Shown: positions 28,475-40,488, counted from the stretch's first letter. The stretch is DNA of 64,000 nt from Laetmonice hystrix (GCA_965235115.1 OZ249436.1:15006001-15070000), one strand, 5' to 3'. Made by a program: numbers and translations. The notes: a model not told the origin generated them from the letters alone.

Positions 28475-28555
28475 CGCAATTTCGTCCTGTTCGTTCCCAT
28501 CGTTCGCATTGCTATGAGATTTGGGACCGTCACTGTTAGGCTGCTCCTGGCTCAT
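28475..28555 (-). CDS. Probable first coding exon (MSQEQPNSDGPKSHSNANDGNEQDEIA) of the SOBP-motif/triple-domain gene, followed by a ~21.8-kb intron
   Basis: ATG at 28555, strong phase-0 donor GCG|gtgagt at 28474, acceptor tttag| at ~28591 and an upstream UTR-exon donor near 28807. The join reads ...QDEIA|SYAESTIKEMLGWYG, paralleling SOBP ...[21 protein letters not shown]. The region is CpG-rich and promoter-like. Confidence 0.7.
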
Positions 28556-29819
28556 ACTATCTACATAGCCAGTTGTTTGGAGTTGTCATTCCTAAATACG
28601 CAAGAACTGTTCCACCAAACCTCTGACATTTCGAGCGTCATTCAGTCACCGGAAGCCATATTGCCTAGCCCTGTTCTAAACTTGTATTCCACGATGTCCT
28701 GCTTTTTCGTCACAGAAGAGGTACGGTCACGCTCACTACCGTCCGCCGCAGGGTGGCGCCACAGTATACGAGTTAAGGTGCCGCTCGTATAAATTTATCA
28801 GCCTTACCTGTGTGGTGGTGCTGTCATTATCGAGAAAATAAAAAGCGTAGATTGCACAAGCTGTCTCTATAATTTCTTTCTTTCTAAATGCTTTCTCCCT
28901 TACCTTCTTGCTTTATTTAACCCGGTGACAAGATCGAAAGTCACAAAAATGATTCAGGCAGAGTAGATTCTAAACCTTTGAAAAAAATGAAACCTTTTGC
29001 TAGCTTAGCCTTAGGGCTATAGGCTACAGGCTATGGTAGGCCTATATGACATATTTATTTTTTTTTTTTTTATTTATTTATCTATCTATTTATCTACATA
29101 TTTATCTATTTCAGTATTTATTTATTTAGGCCTATTTACACCAATAGGCCAGGTATAGGCTAATAGGCATATTAGCCTAGACCTAAGTCCACATAAATCT
29201 GCATGCTCTTTGATAAATTTCTATCTAGGGGCCAATCATTAATTTGTTTCTGACTTCATTTATGAATCCCTTTCAATATTTATAGTTCAAGTATGTCAAA
29301 GTGCAGGGGGGGCGGGGGCCGGGCTCGAACTATAGGCCTATACTATATATCTAGATCCCCAAATAAGAAATGATTGCTGACCAAACGAAATTTACTATTT
29401 AGGCTTAGACCCCTCTATTCACTATTTTTAAATGCAACACACTTAGGAGATTTGATCACTCGATCTGGCTTTTCGTGATATATAATATCCAAGCTTTAGT
29501 TGTCTTTGCCAGACTTTGGCCCCATTTCACTTCGCCCCAGAGGCGTCACCTGGTGGCTACATAGAAAACTAAGTTTAAAGTCACTTAGACTCGCTGTATA
29601 GTTTAGGCCTTAGCCTACTTGGTAGATCTATATTTCACGCACACAAAGGATCCCTCCCTTTTTTATTATTTATTTTTTAGACGTGATAAACATAAGAACC
29701 ACATCGTGTTTTGTGCGAGTTATTATCGCTATAAAATTACAGTTAAACTGGCGTATAGGCTCCCTAATAGTAGGTAATAGGCCTACATCAAAATTTGTGT
29801 GTAGGCCTACAACATATAA

Positions 29820-30165
29820 GGCCACTTAAAATTAATAAATTGTTTTACATGACTCCAACTTCTGAGATGTTGGTGAGTAGGGCATTTTATATTTTATATT
29901 TTATATTTTTCCTCGACAAGAAGAAGGACAGCAGAGATCACCAATACTGGAAAAATACTTTTAATTTCTCAATATCTCAACATTTTGTACAGCCCTTCTA
30001 TACCTTGAGGGTCACTTTAACTGTAACACCCTGACAGAACTGTGGGAGACGGTTTTGGGGATGAAAAAAAACCGGAAAAATATAAAATATAAAAAAAAAA
30101 TCGAGGCGGCGCCAAAAAATTGAGGCGGCCGGCCATGTAAAACAATTTATTAATTTTAAGTGGCC
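29820..30165. mobile_element. PIF/Harbinger-type MITE
   Basis: ~32-bp TIRs GGCCACTTAAAATTAATAAATTGTTTTACATG / CATGTAAAACAATTTATTAATTTTAAGTGGCC, with TAA on both sides. Confidence 0.85.
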
Positions 30166-30554
30166 TAATCATGATATTAGCAGCTTCAGAAATAATGCAT
30201 TAAAAATGATAGGGTTCCATTTATTTTTCGAGTAAATGGTGGGCAAAAACTTATCAATTTAACATTGAATTCAATGAGGATTCGAATAGCAGTACCGTGA
30301 TCAGCCACCAGATGTCGTGACTGTTCCGAAGAGGCCCACATCGCAGCTGATTTTCACATGTACGCCGCTAGGTGGCGGTGTGACGTCAAAAGTGCCTGGG
30401 CTTGTTGTTGGAGCTGGTATTACAGTAGTCTCGATCACCAGACCCTTTTTCTCGCTAGAGGTCGCTCGCCGCTCGGGTATCCAGCTTGCGGATAGGAGGA
30501 CTGGTCGTCGAGTCTAGTATTACAGTGGTAACACACACTGACACAGCTCGGAAA

Positions 30555-30795
30555 ATGTCGAGTAACGATGAGACAGGCCTAGACGGTACGGTTGATCTGA
30601 GCTTACATATTTAGGGATATATGTATGAGCCATGTAGGCCCCACAATCATGTAGGCCTACAAGAAGAGAACAATTTTTCTGAATCGAGTCAATCGACTGA
30701 GGACTCGACTGAAGAAGAGCCAGCACCCGATACCCAAGCGGAACGGTGGTACGGGTGCCCTTCCCGACCAGAAAACATGGGTGCATCCGGGCGGT
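30555..30795 (+). pseudogene. KolX / P2X7-C-terminal-like accessory ORF, N-terminal fragment with premature stop
   Basis: MSSNDETGLDGTVDLSLHI*GYMYEP...SESSQSTEDSTEEE...ENMGASGR: a YxYEP motif followed by an acidic Ser-rich tract, as I recall for KolX-type N-termini; one in-frame TAG; convergent with the THAP fragment. Confidence 0.5.
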
Positions 30796-30967
30796 GTTTA
30801 ATTCTAATATACATCAACAAATAACATTCCATCCTCATAATATATAAATGGTATGTAGCTTTTGGGGCCCTGCCTAAATGATTTACTATGACCAGGCAAA
30901 CGCCGTACGTGTAGGCCTAAACTGACAGACTGAGACAGCTGCATCCTGTATGATGATAAGCTTTTAC

Positions 30968-31293
30968 CTCGAGATTCTGGCGCTTTTGTTGGGCCAGACT
31001 GGGTCTCGGATTCTTCTGTGCAAATGTAAAGATGGTTGGCACAACATCCTTTTTCAAGTAGATTTGTCCAGGCTTGAAGCCAACTGACTTTAGAACTAGT
31101 GGATCAACTGAGAATGCATCCCCTGTGAGCCGGAGTGATCTGAGCACAGTCTGGAGTAAGATGTTGGTGTCCATGCCGCACGCTTACATTTCTCTATCCA
31201 CACTTTGCGGAGCTTGGGATCCTCAGGAAATTTGAAAAAACTTCTTCCAGAGGACGACCTATTGCTGCAGCCAATTGCAGCATAAAAAACCAT
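30968..31293 (-). pseudogene. THAP (C2CH) zinc-finger domain pseudogene, N-terminal exon of a transposase
   Basis: MVF(Y)AAIGCSNRSSSGRSFFKFPEDPKLRKVWIEKCKR..WTPTSYSRLCSDH, a frameshift near 31130, then TGDAF...LKKDVVPTIF. THAP FxFP, W, CxxH and AVPTIF-like motifs are present, the first Cys is replaced by Tyr, and the exon ends at donor GAG|gtaaaa. Confidence 0.88.
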
Positions 31294-31910
31294 CGCGGTA
31301 AACTCAAAAATTTGTGGTAGAAAGAAAAATAAACGAGGTAAGGGGGTGACAGCCAAGTTGAGCCAAGCATAAAGCCTATAGAGAACTAACTGATGCCAGG
31401 GCGGCTGCTGCTGCTGGTGGCACTTTTGACGTCATGACCCAGTTGCAATCTGAAACGCCCCAGATGGAGGTTGAAGGAATTTTTATGGCCCTGCTGGGTT
31501 ATAAAAGTCGCTTTTACAGGAAACTTCTAAATGTAGTCAGACCGAAACAATCGGGGACTGTTACAATCAGGGTCAGAGTATGTAGTCATCCAGGTTTTAA
31601 AAGGTTGGAATATGATCTTTAACTTTTCCAGGCTATTGGCCTATCAGAAAAAAAACCCATAGATCTATAACCTAACAGTTACTTTTCTGTATTGCCCGTT
31701 GACACAGCCGTTCGCCATTTTTCGCAAACCATGCAGACTTGTAGTTATCGTAGTATTTATTGAGCAGCTATAAATCTATGCCTATAATGGTTACTTTTGA
31801 CTTTTGTAGTTGTTAACGATTATTAAATAGCTAAGCATGGGCCTAGGGCTACCCCCTACCTGTATACAATAACTCGAAACCCCCGAAACCCAAACTTGCG
31901 ATGGAGCACC

Positions 31911-32080
31911 CAGGGGCGGATCCGGGGGGGGGGGGGCGTACTCCTCCCACTTTTTCATTGAAAAAATGGCTTGCACCCATACTCTGCATGCGCAGCACAC
32001 AATTCACCACTCAGTAGGCCCTATACTCCGCCGCCGCCCCCTTCCACCCCCTCCCCCACGCCCCCCTGAATCCGTCCCTG
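31911..32080. mobile_element. Short G/C-tract MITE (hAT-like CAGGGG termini)
   Basis: CAGGGGCGGATCC ... GAATCCGTCCCTG; flanks gcacc / gcgcc (5 bp, 1 mismatch). Confidence 0.65.
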
Positions 32081-33340
32081 GCGCCGCTATATAACAGTGT
32101 CCATGCCGAGCGCCCCGGACCCGCCCCCCCCCCCCCCGGACAGGTGGTGCCTTGGAGGGTTTGGATTGTAGTCTATTTTAGAGGAAAAGGAACATGTCGA
32201 CCTAAAGAAAATGGGCATGAGATACGCCCTTGTGCCCTCTTTGCATGGTTTTCAGTAAAATAGGCATCTTTATTCTAGGCCTTTTATATGGTCAGGCTCC
32301 TCGGGCCTATCGACCTATCTATACTATAGGCTAAGATTTAACATTGGGCGCGCCATACGTCGGATGCTGCGTCGATGGCCCGCTTCAAACTCATCATTGA
32401 CGTAGAGCTAGACCTATATACTCAGTGGCGGCGCTAGGGGGGGGGGGCAAGGGGGCGGGCAAATGCCCCCTCCCCCAGAAACTTATTTGCCCCCTGTCTG
32501 CCCCCCCCCCGTTTAAATCTGCCATTATAAAGATCAAAGTGTATGACATATCTCTTTGCCCCCCCCCCCCGATTTTCTGTTTGCCCCCCCCCCCCCCTGA
32601 ATTTTTATAGGTCTGACGCGGCCATGCACTGTATAGACCGATATAATCCCCTATAGACCTTATATACAGACCACTATTAGGCTATAGCTGTAAAGTTCTG
32701 TCGTAGGCCTACACTAAATTAAGATTTAGCTATATAGGCTGCAAGTTGGCTAAAGCATGGATCGCAGTGCCGCGACTTGCCTGACATCTGCTGAGCTACA
32801 GCGGAACCAACCTTCCCCCTTTAATACCATATTGCTCAATGCAAGGATGGGCATGGACGATCGACATTAGGAAGCCAACAATGTTGTTTCGGTATTAGGG
32901 CATATATCAAAATCGTCTAAACTTTCATTATCGAAGGTGAGAACAAGCATTATGTACAACTTAAGGGCCATGGTGTAATCTTACTAGCGGGCTTATCGAT
33001 CGCCTAATAGGGGCCTAGATATGCATATTGCCAGTCCATGTTGAGTTCGGCCCCCGTCGCATCCTCCCAGTATAGCATCGAGTGCATGGTGACCCTTCCC
33101 CCGAAATAAGTAGGCCAAACAAGTGGTTGAATGGGGACACGCTGAAAACAAGAGTGTGAGGTGACTGGAAATACTCGATCTGTTCCAGGAACGTTGTTAT
33201 TCCATAAACTGATAAATCTTATGGACCATTATATGGTCATATGGGCCTATAGACACTATATATTGAGGCCGCCTGCATGTGAGACATATATCATTGTAAC
33301 GGACAGTGAATTCCGCATGCCTATAATAGGCCTGTCGCCC

Positions 33341-33461
33341 CACACTTCCGATCTTTGGTGACATTTCCTGTGTAGCTTATACTCTAGCCTCACACTTCCG
33401 ATCTTTGGTGACATTTCCTGTTTAGCTTATACTCTAGCCTCACACTTCCGATCTTTGGTGA
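33341..33461. repeat. 50-bp tandem repeat, ~2.4 copies
   Basis: cacacttccgatctttggtgacatttcctgt(g/t)tagcttatactctagcct starts at 33341, 33391 and 33441. Confidence 0.95.
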
Positions 33462-33749
33462 CCTGCCTGATATATAGCAGGCCTACTATAGCTACACAAA
33501 TAGATCTAGGCCTAGGCTATTTAACACCTACATGCATTCTGTGGGGTGATTCTCAGCGCGTTATTTATTTATTTATTTATTTATCTGTTGATTTCTCTCT
33601 TTTTTTGGGGGGGGGGGGTCCGATCCGCCCTATATACTCTATTTCGGGCGGATGGTATGTTATAATAATTATGTCCGCTTTGCCTACGGCTTCTAGATCT
33701 ATAATCGGTAGGGAATACAATATTTTGGTATTTCGATTATATAGGCCTA

Positions 33750-35070
33750 CCTGACCAGGTCTGTTGGCATATGGACAGAAGGACAGGTGCACGGGGTTCG
33801 TCCTCCTGACTAGGTCTATTGGCCTGTATGGACAGAAGGACAGGTGCACGCGGTTCGTCGTCCTGACTAGGTCTATTGGCCTGTATGGACAGACGGACAG
33901 GTGCACGGGGTTCGTCCTCCTGACTAGGTCTATTGACCTGTATGGACAGACGGACAGGTGCACGGGGTTCGTCCTCCTGACTAGGTCTATTGGCCTGTAT
34001 GGACAGAAGGACAGGTGCACGGGGTTCGTCGTCTTGACTAGGTCTATTGGCCTGTATGGACAGGACAGGTGCACGGGGTTCGTCCTCCTGACTAGGTCTA
34101 TTGGCCTGTATGGACAGAAGGACAGGCGCACGGGGTTCGTCCTCCTGACTAGGTCTATTGCATGGCCTGTATGGACAGAAGGACAGGCGCACGGGGTTCG
34201 TCGTCCTGACTAGGTCTATTGGCCTGTATGGACAGACGGACAGGTGCACGGGGTTCGTCCTCCTGACTAGGTCTATTGGCCTGTATGGACAGAAGGACAG
34301 GCGCACGGGGTTCGTCGTCCTGACTAGGTCTGTTGGCCTGTATGGACAGAAGGACAGGCGCACGGGGTTCGTCCTCCTGACTATAGGTCTATTGGCCTGT
34401 ATGGACAGGACAGGTGCACGGGGTTCGTCCTCCTGACTATAGGTCTATTGGCCTGTATGGACAGAAGGACAGGTGCACGCGGTTCGTCGTCCTGACTAGG
34501 TCTATTGGCCTGTATGGACAGACAGACAGGTGCACGGGGTTCGTCCTCCTGACTAGGTCTATTGGCCTGTATGGACAGAAGGACAGGTGCACGGGGTTCG
34601 TCCTCCTGACTAGGTCTATTGGCCTGTATGGACAGAAGGACAGGTGCACGGGGTTCGTCCTCCTGACTAGGTCTATTGGCCTGTATGGACAGAAGGACAG
34701 GTGCACGCAGTTCGTCGTCCTGACTAGATCTATTGGCCTGTATGGACAGAAGGACAGGCGCACGGGGTTCGTCCTACTGACTAGGTCTATTGGCCTGTAT
34801 GGACAGAAGGACAGGTGCACGGGGTTCGTCCTCCTGACTAGGTCTATTGGCCTGTATGGACAGAAGGACAGGCGCACGGGGTTCGTCCTTCTGACTAGGT
34901 CTATTGGCCTGTATGGACAGAAGGACAGGCGTACGGGGTTCGTCGTCCTGACTAGGTCTATTGGCCTGTATGGACAGAAGGACAGGCGCACGGGGTTCGT
35001 CCTCCTGCATGATTATAGGTCTATTGGCCTGTATGGACAGAAGGATAGACCTGTGCACGAGGTTCGTCCA
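33750..35070. repeat. Minisatellite, 57-bp unit, ~23 near-identical copies
   Basis: Unit tatggacagaaggacaggtgcacggggttcgtcctcctgactaggtctattggcctg; accounts for all the 19-aa-periodic ORFs at 33.6-35.1 kb. Confidence 0.97.
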
Positions 35071-35869
35071 TGCATGCCTGCAATTTTAACTTAACATTTA
35101 CCACCCCCCCCCCCTCTGCATTCTTTTTCAAATTATCCTCCAAAACCTATGCGAACAATATTGCTTATGTATGTCAATGTATGTTTGTATGTCCTGTAAC
35201 CTAAGTATAATTTTGACAAAAGGATATAGTAGGCCTAAAAAGCTTTTCTCATCCACAATAATTTTATGCCTAATGGTATTGGTACTAATTGTAATGGATT
35301 TGGTGTGACTTATTAGTCTTCTATATAGTGAAAGTAAACTGGTAAAAGGATCGTCCTTTTCCCTGGTTTGTATTGGGGGGGGGAGGTCATTAGTCATAGG
35401 AAAACTATATGGTGTCGTATACCAAATTTCTGCTTAACAGCAGAATATCGTATCCCTGATATGTTGGCCAACAACCACATGGTCATGCAGGTAGACTTTC
35501 TGCACATTAAATTATCGTGTTTAATTGTATATTTCCTTTAAGCCGGCCACCTAAAATACTACCTTTCCCCATAACACTCACAGTAGGCCTATATACTGCT
35601 CACCCGTATTACAAATTCGGTTGTGGATGATGGACCGTAAACGATGACTTTTTAATGACATGATAATGAGGCTCGGGTTGGTAACCAATCAGAGAGCCGC
35701 AACGTGACGTGCAGCTCTCCCTATTTGGAGAATAATCTGCCCCGACATCTGCGAGATGTCGGATCTTTCTCAGGATCAACCGGGTAGGACATTTTGAGGA
35801 AATTTCTTTCTTTTTATTGCTAAACACTTGTACATGCATTTCAAAATGCAAAGTTTCGTTTGTCCTCAG

Positions 35870-38800
35870 GCAAGACTGTCACAAGGAATACCACTGAGGA
35901 GGATCCGGGTGCAATGGGGGGTAAACTGTGCTCTACTGCAGACGGAACCAGCTCCGACGGGGAGGTGGAGGATATCAGTGGTAAAATACCAGGTAGGGTT
36001 ATTTCTGTTCAAACTACCTCAAATGGTTCTTTATTACGAAGTACACCAGGACTACAGCAGGTCCTTACTATATAATACGAAAAGAATAAAGATCATGCCA
36101 TGTATAGATCTATTAGATAGAGATTTGAGCGTCGTCACGGTGAAAACATCTCGCCACGCATGTAATGGTTCCCTTCAATCCACAATGGCGCCCGCCGACA
36201 AACGAATTTGTGAAATATTGCCAACAATGTCGCCTCTTTTCATTTTCACCAGAGCCGCTTGTTCATAGGCGTGTATATGCGATACTAATTGATATCCTGA
36301 AAAGGGGGGTTAATTGGCGCGGTGGTCCGTTTGGGCGGAGGGGAAAACGCGACGCGTTGGTGCCAGATGGCCAAGCGACAGTCACAGCGGCAAACATGAC
36401 CTCGCGTCTTGGGCGGGAGCTCATGCTTTTGTTTGATCAAACTATGGACCATCTGAACGAAACACGTGTAATTAGCTCGGCCCAGTCAGATTATAAAGGT
36501 ATACCAAAGGAAGTTGGCAATGGAGGGTCTTTTTTCAAATATAATGAGGAGATGGTCAGGTGTTATACAGAACCCGCCCCTCTATATTTTTTTCGGTTCA
36601 AACGTTAATTTCCCCATGTATTTTCAATGAGAATTTTAACGAACGGACAGTCATGCAAAGACGCGGCCTACATGTACTTAGCCGACTCAACTTACTGCCT
36701 TCAACTAGTTTGTATGCCTTAAAAACTTAATACCGCCCCGGCCCGACCCGACTCCATTAAACTGGCTCAGAGTTTCATACCAGGCATATCTACATGCAGT
36801 GGGGAAGAGTTGCACTGGTTCGTGTAGGCCTATTGTGAGACGCACCGATCGGTAAACGGTCTGTCCAGCTGGATAGCTTCCTAAATTTGAAGTGGAGACC
36901 GGTATAATTTCATAATTAAATTATATAAATTTAATGATTGAATCAATTCGCATTTATACATTAATTGTTTTATTCGTATTGAATACGTACCGGTGAATAT
37001 TATTATGTTTTGAACCATTTCGCCCTTTTGTTCAGGCCTAATGTCTTATATTATATACAGATTTATTTGATCAGATATATATATATCTTCATGATGATAT
37101 AGCGGTTTATAGACCGATACTGCCGGTTCGATAAAGCTGTTGCATGTGCATGATAAAATTAACATTATATCGACATATCTTATAGCACATTTTAATATTC
37201 GAAAGTTCGTTGGCCTAATAATTATTTTTTCTTTGACTTGTTTTACAGGTGCAGAGGAGGAAGACCCCAAAAAACCCAAAACATTCCGTCTAACGGTTTA
37301 TTGTAAGGGACAGTATCGACTACTAAGTTCGGTGAAGAAGGGTGATGTCAAACCTGATTTATCAAAGTAAGTTATCACCATCAAGCGGACGCCAGCATCA
37401 ACTGTCAGTCCCATTATAGGGGCCATCAAAACTGTTATCACGGAATCGCGGTGCGATATCTTGGAATGTGCATGGGTCTAGTTGCGGAAAACGTAATTTT
37501 TAATCGCATTACGTATCCAAATGTCGGTACTATATATAAGCCGGCCGGCCAGACGGTCTGCCGATCCCGAAAATGCATGGGTGTGGTTGTATAAAGAGGG
37601 TATCTAAAATATATCTAAAACCAATTTGTGTTAACCCACCCTACCATAAATCGTTTAGGCCACACAGTGTCAAAATCTTGGCCGGCCGGCCGACTTAGTG
37701 TATACAACCCTGCAGGAAAATGCACTTAAATTTAAAAACTTTCGCTTCGCACTTGCGGTGCTTAATTGCTTTGATCGCATTTTACACAATTACAATTTTT
37801 GTAACCCCCCCCCCCCCCGCATCATCATGTCATTAATTGGACATCAGAGGAAAATCAGAGGTTGGTATATAACACTGGAAGCCCTCGAAAATAAAATTGG
37901 GAGCAGTGGGAACTATCAACTTTCAGGGTGTCAAGTTCCTATTTTTTCAAATTTTTCCCCATCATTCCTATTTATTCATATTTTTGGATTAAAATTCCTA
38001 TTTTTTCAATTTTTGTGCAGTATATATCCCTAAAATATTCCGACGTGTGTTATTTGTTTTTTATAAACCATAAAATTGCGTGAATTTCAACATAATGCAT
38101 GGTCAAGAATGGTAAAGTAAATTTGAATCTCAAAATAACTTTATATAAAAAAAGGAAAATCGATTGACTGAACATTCAAATGTTCCTGTTTCTTGTTATG
38201 TAGTTCGCAGTTTTCTTAGTAGTTTTGCTGATCAATATACTAAGGCGCAAAATGACAAAACAAATTCTTATTGATAGTGTCTGTTAAAATAAAATTCCTA
38301 TTTTCCGTATATTTTCTGTTTGATTTTCCTATTTTATTCCTAATTTTTGCCACAGCAAATTCCTACTTTCCTGTCTTTGGGGGGTCATTGGCACTTGACG
38401 CCCTGAACTTTGGTAACAAGTCCAAATCATGGAATTTAAGAGGGAAAGCGGGAATATGTATATAATATACATATTTGTGGTATGTATAGAAGGCCCCTGC
38501 AGTCACCAGTTTCCATTTGTTCAACCCTTGTATAGCAACGGATCTAAAGTCTGTTAGTGGGCGTGAGTTGGACGAAATTGGAGGCGTGCACGCGCAGAGA
38601 CAGGCGTGCACCATGTGACCAGTGGAGCGTATCGACACGCTCAGGGTAGCGACAACATGCATGCATGCGTAGGCATACATCGATACATGTGCAATTAACT
38701 AGAGTCCATGAAGAAATACCATCCCAGATGTTGCGGCTCAGTTGTCAAACCTTCCATTCACGTGTGCACGTGTCAGAGGTTGACACGTGACCAAGGAACA

Positions 38801-39554
38801 CATATTGAGTTTTCTGATAAATGGAAGTCAAATTCTTTCTCCCTATTATAATAATAGCCCTCAGCGAACCTGGGGCCGACTTCTTATTTTTGTGGGAATT
38901 CTCTCTTTGTTTAACGGGCTTGCAAATTCACTGACCTTCATGTACTGACGCTGGAGTGAGAAATTATGAGAGGCACATTTCACACGTTCTGTAGCTCATT
39001 GAGCAGAGTGGAACATTAATTATTCAAGACTTGCAGCGTAATTCTAGAAAGGTAGCAAGGAGTAAATATTGTCAAATGAAGCATTAACTATACCGCCGCT
39101 TGTCTCTCACACAAATAACTTTAGTCACAACGTGAACTGAAAACTATAAGTCATGCGATGTGAACAACATTATTAGCAACATTCTATAATGAATATATAT
39201 AGACTGCATTATAAAAATTATTTAACTTTTATTTTCAGTAATATCCATCTTAAAGTCCAAATTGGAAATAGAATATACTACAACAAGGACTTGATTGGTA
39301 GGGCTGTCGACTGCGTATGTACTGGGGTAAGTAATGTACTAAAACTGTGTTGTCCAAATTCATTCATATCCTGTATTGCTGGCCCATGTATTTCCTAAAT
39401 ACGATTGTAGTAAGAAAGTAATTAATTGTTACTATACATTCAATTGAATTGTTTTCAGATAAACCGTACAAAAGAAATGGATGTCGTCAAGCTACATATA
39501 GAAAAGGAGGAAGAGGAATTATGGCTTAAAAAACGACTGACTCCTTCTAATTGA
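35870..39554 (+). CDS. Putative exons of a small uncharacterised spliced gene (incomplete model)
   Basis: Exon-like segments with canonical sites: 35870-35992 (cctcag|GCAAG..MGGKLCSTADG..KIPG|gtaggg), 37249-37366 (ttacag|GT..AEEEDPKKPKTFRLTVYCKGQY..|gtaagt, phase-compatible with the first) and a candidate last exon 39459-39554 (ttttcag|INRTKEMDVVKLHIEKEEEELWLKKRLTPSN*). The linking exon(s) are unresolved and no homology was recognised. Confidence 0.35.
37540..37695. mobile_element. Small MITE-like inverted-repeat element
   Basis: taagccggccggccaga ... tcttggccggccggccgactta imperfect TIRs. Confidence 0.5.
37924..38405. mobile_element. hAT-like MITE with 6-bp TSD
   Basis: AACTTT|CAGGGTGTCAAGT ... 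ACTTGACGCCCTG|AACTTT; repeated subterminal aaattcctatttt motifs. Confidence 0.8.
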
Positions 39555-40488
39555 TGCACATTCATGCCCAGATCATGAGTAACTGACGAAATGGGAACGC
39601 ATGTAGGCGCGTGGAGACGGTCCTTATAAATCGGGCGGTGAAAACGCATAGCTTACCAGGACAATGGTAGACTGGCCGGCCCGACCCACTTCGATATTCA
39701 TTTAGAGCTGGAGGCTTGTCTAGGACAACGGGCGGTTTTAGTTTGGCATGATACCGCTAGATGGCAATACTGCACTGCCGCCAGATTTCAAAGATTTCCA
39801 CTACAATTTAAATCCTGATTTGGGAAGGTCCATGTAAAGGTTGGACACTCTGCATTGTATCGTAGAGAAGGTGCAGGAAGTATAGGCCTATGTTGGTCAA
39901 ATGCTACCCAACACGTCGCAAAGGGTGTTGGAGGAGATATGAAACAATGGTCTATCGACATACGAGTCTCCGACCAATGCCTTATTCACAAAGTGAGAAA
40001 GGAGCATGAAGACCGTGCGCGAAACAGTTATAACGTTATTTTTCGTATTATCACAAATACAGTTTTTGAAAAATAAACATACACGTGCGTATGGGTTAAG
40101 TAAAGAGATGAATTAATTTATCCAGGCTTTACACCATAAATTGGCCATACTTTTTAACTTTGTGCGAGTCCCGGCCCTACACACATCCGTCTCCTTTTCC
40201 CTTATGGACTCCAGTAATTAGCGCCAAGCGTCATCAGCGACACGATTTTTGAGACGGTAGCACCACGCTGCTCGGCTTGTGTCGCCGGCCCTGGCTGCCG
40301 GTCTCGGCCTCTGCTCTGCAATGGTAATTAAGCCTCCCCCGTGGGTTAGGGATAGGGTTAACTAATTTTGGGTCCTTGTAGCCCTACATGTCAAAGTTGT
40401 TTAAGGGTGCGCAGTAGCGGATTCAGCGGGGGGCCGGGAGGGGGGGGGGGGCTTTGGGGGCTTAAGCCCCCCCCCAGTTGACCCGCAG

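Larger units (their letters stand above)
30169..31618. mobile_element. Internally deleted, decayed Kolobok-like DNA transposon (left boundary uncertain)
   Basis: Convergent 5' fragments of a THAP ORF (minus) and a KolX-like ORF (plus); right end ...ATATGATCT|TTAA at 31618-31622. A matching left TIR was not located with certainty. Confidence 0.6.

Noticed and set aside
33750..35070. CRISPR array or genuine repeat-protein gene
   Set aside because: Units are contiguous with no unique spacers, no cas genes are present and the context is eukaryotic. ORFs arise because the unit is a multiple of 3, and indels break them.
36165..36608. Neuropeptide-precursor-like ORF (..GGPFGRRGKR..)
   Set aside because: No signal peptide, no repeated peptides and no convincing splice sites; probably a chance ORF in an intron.
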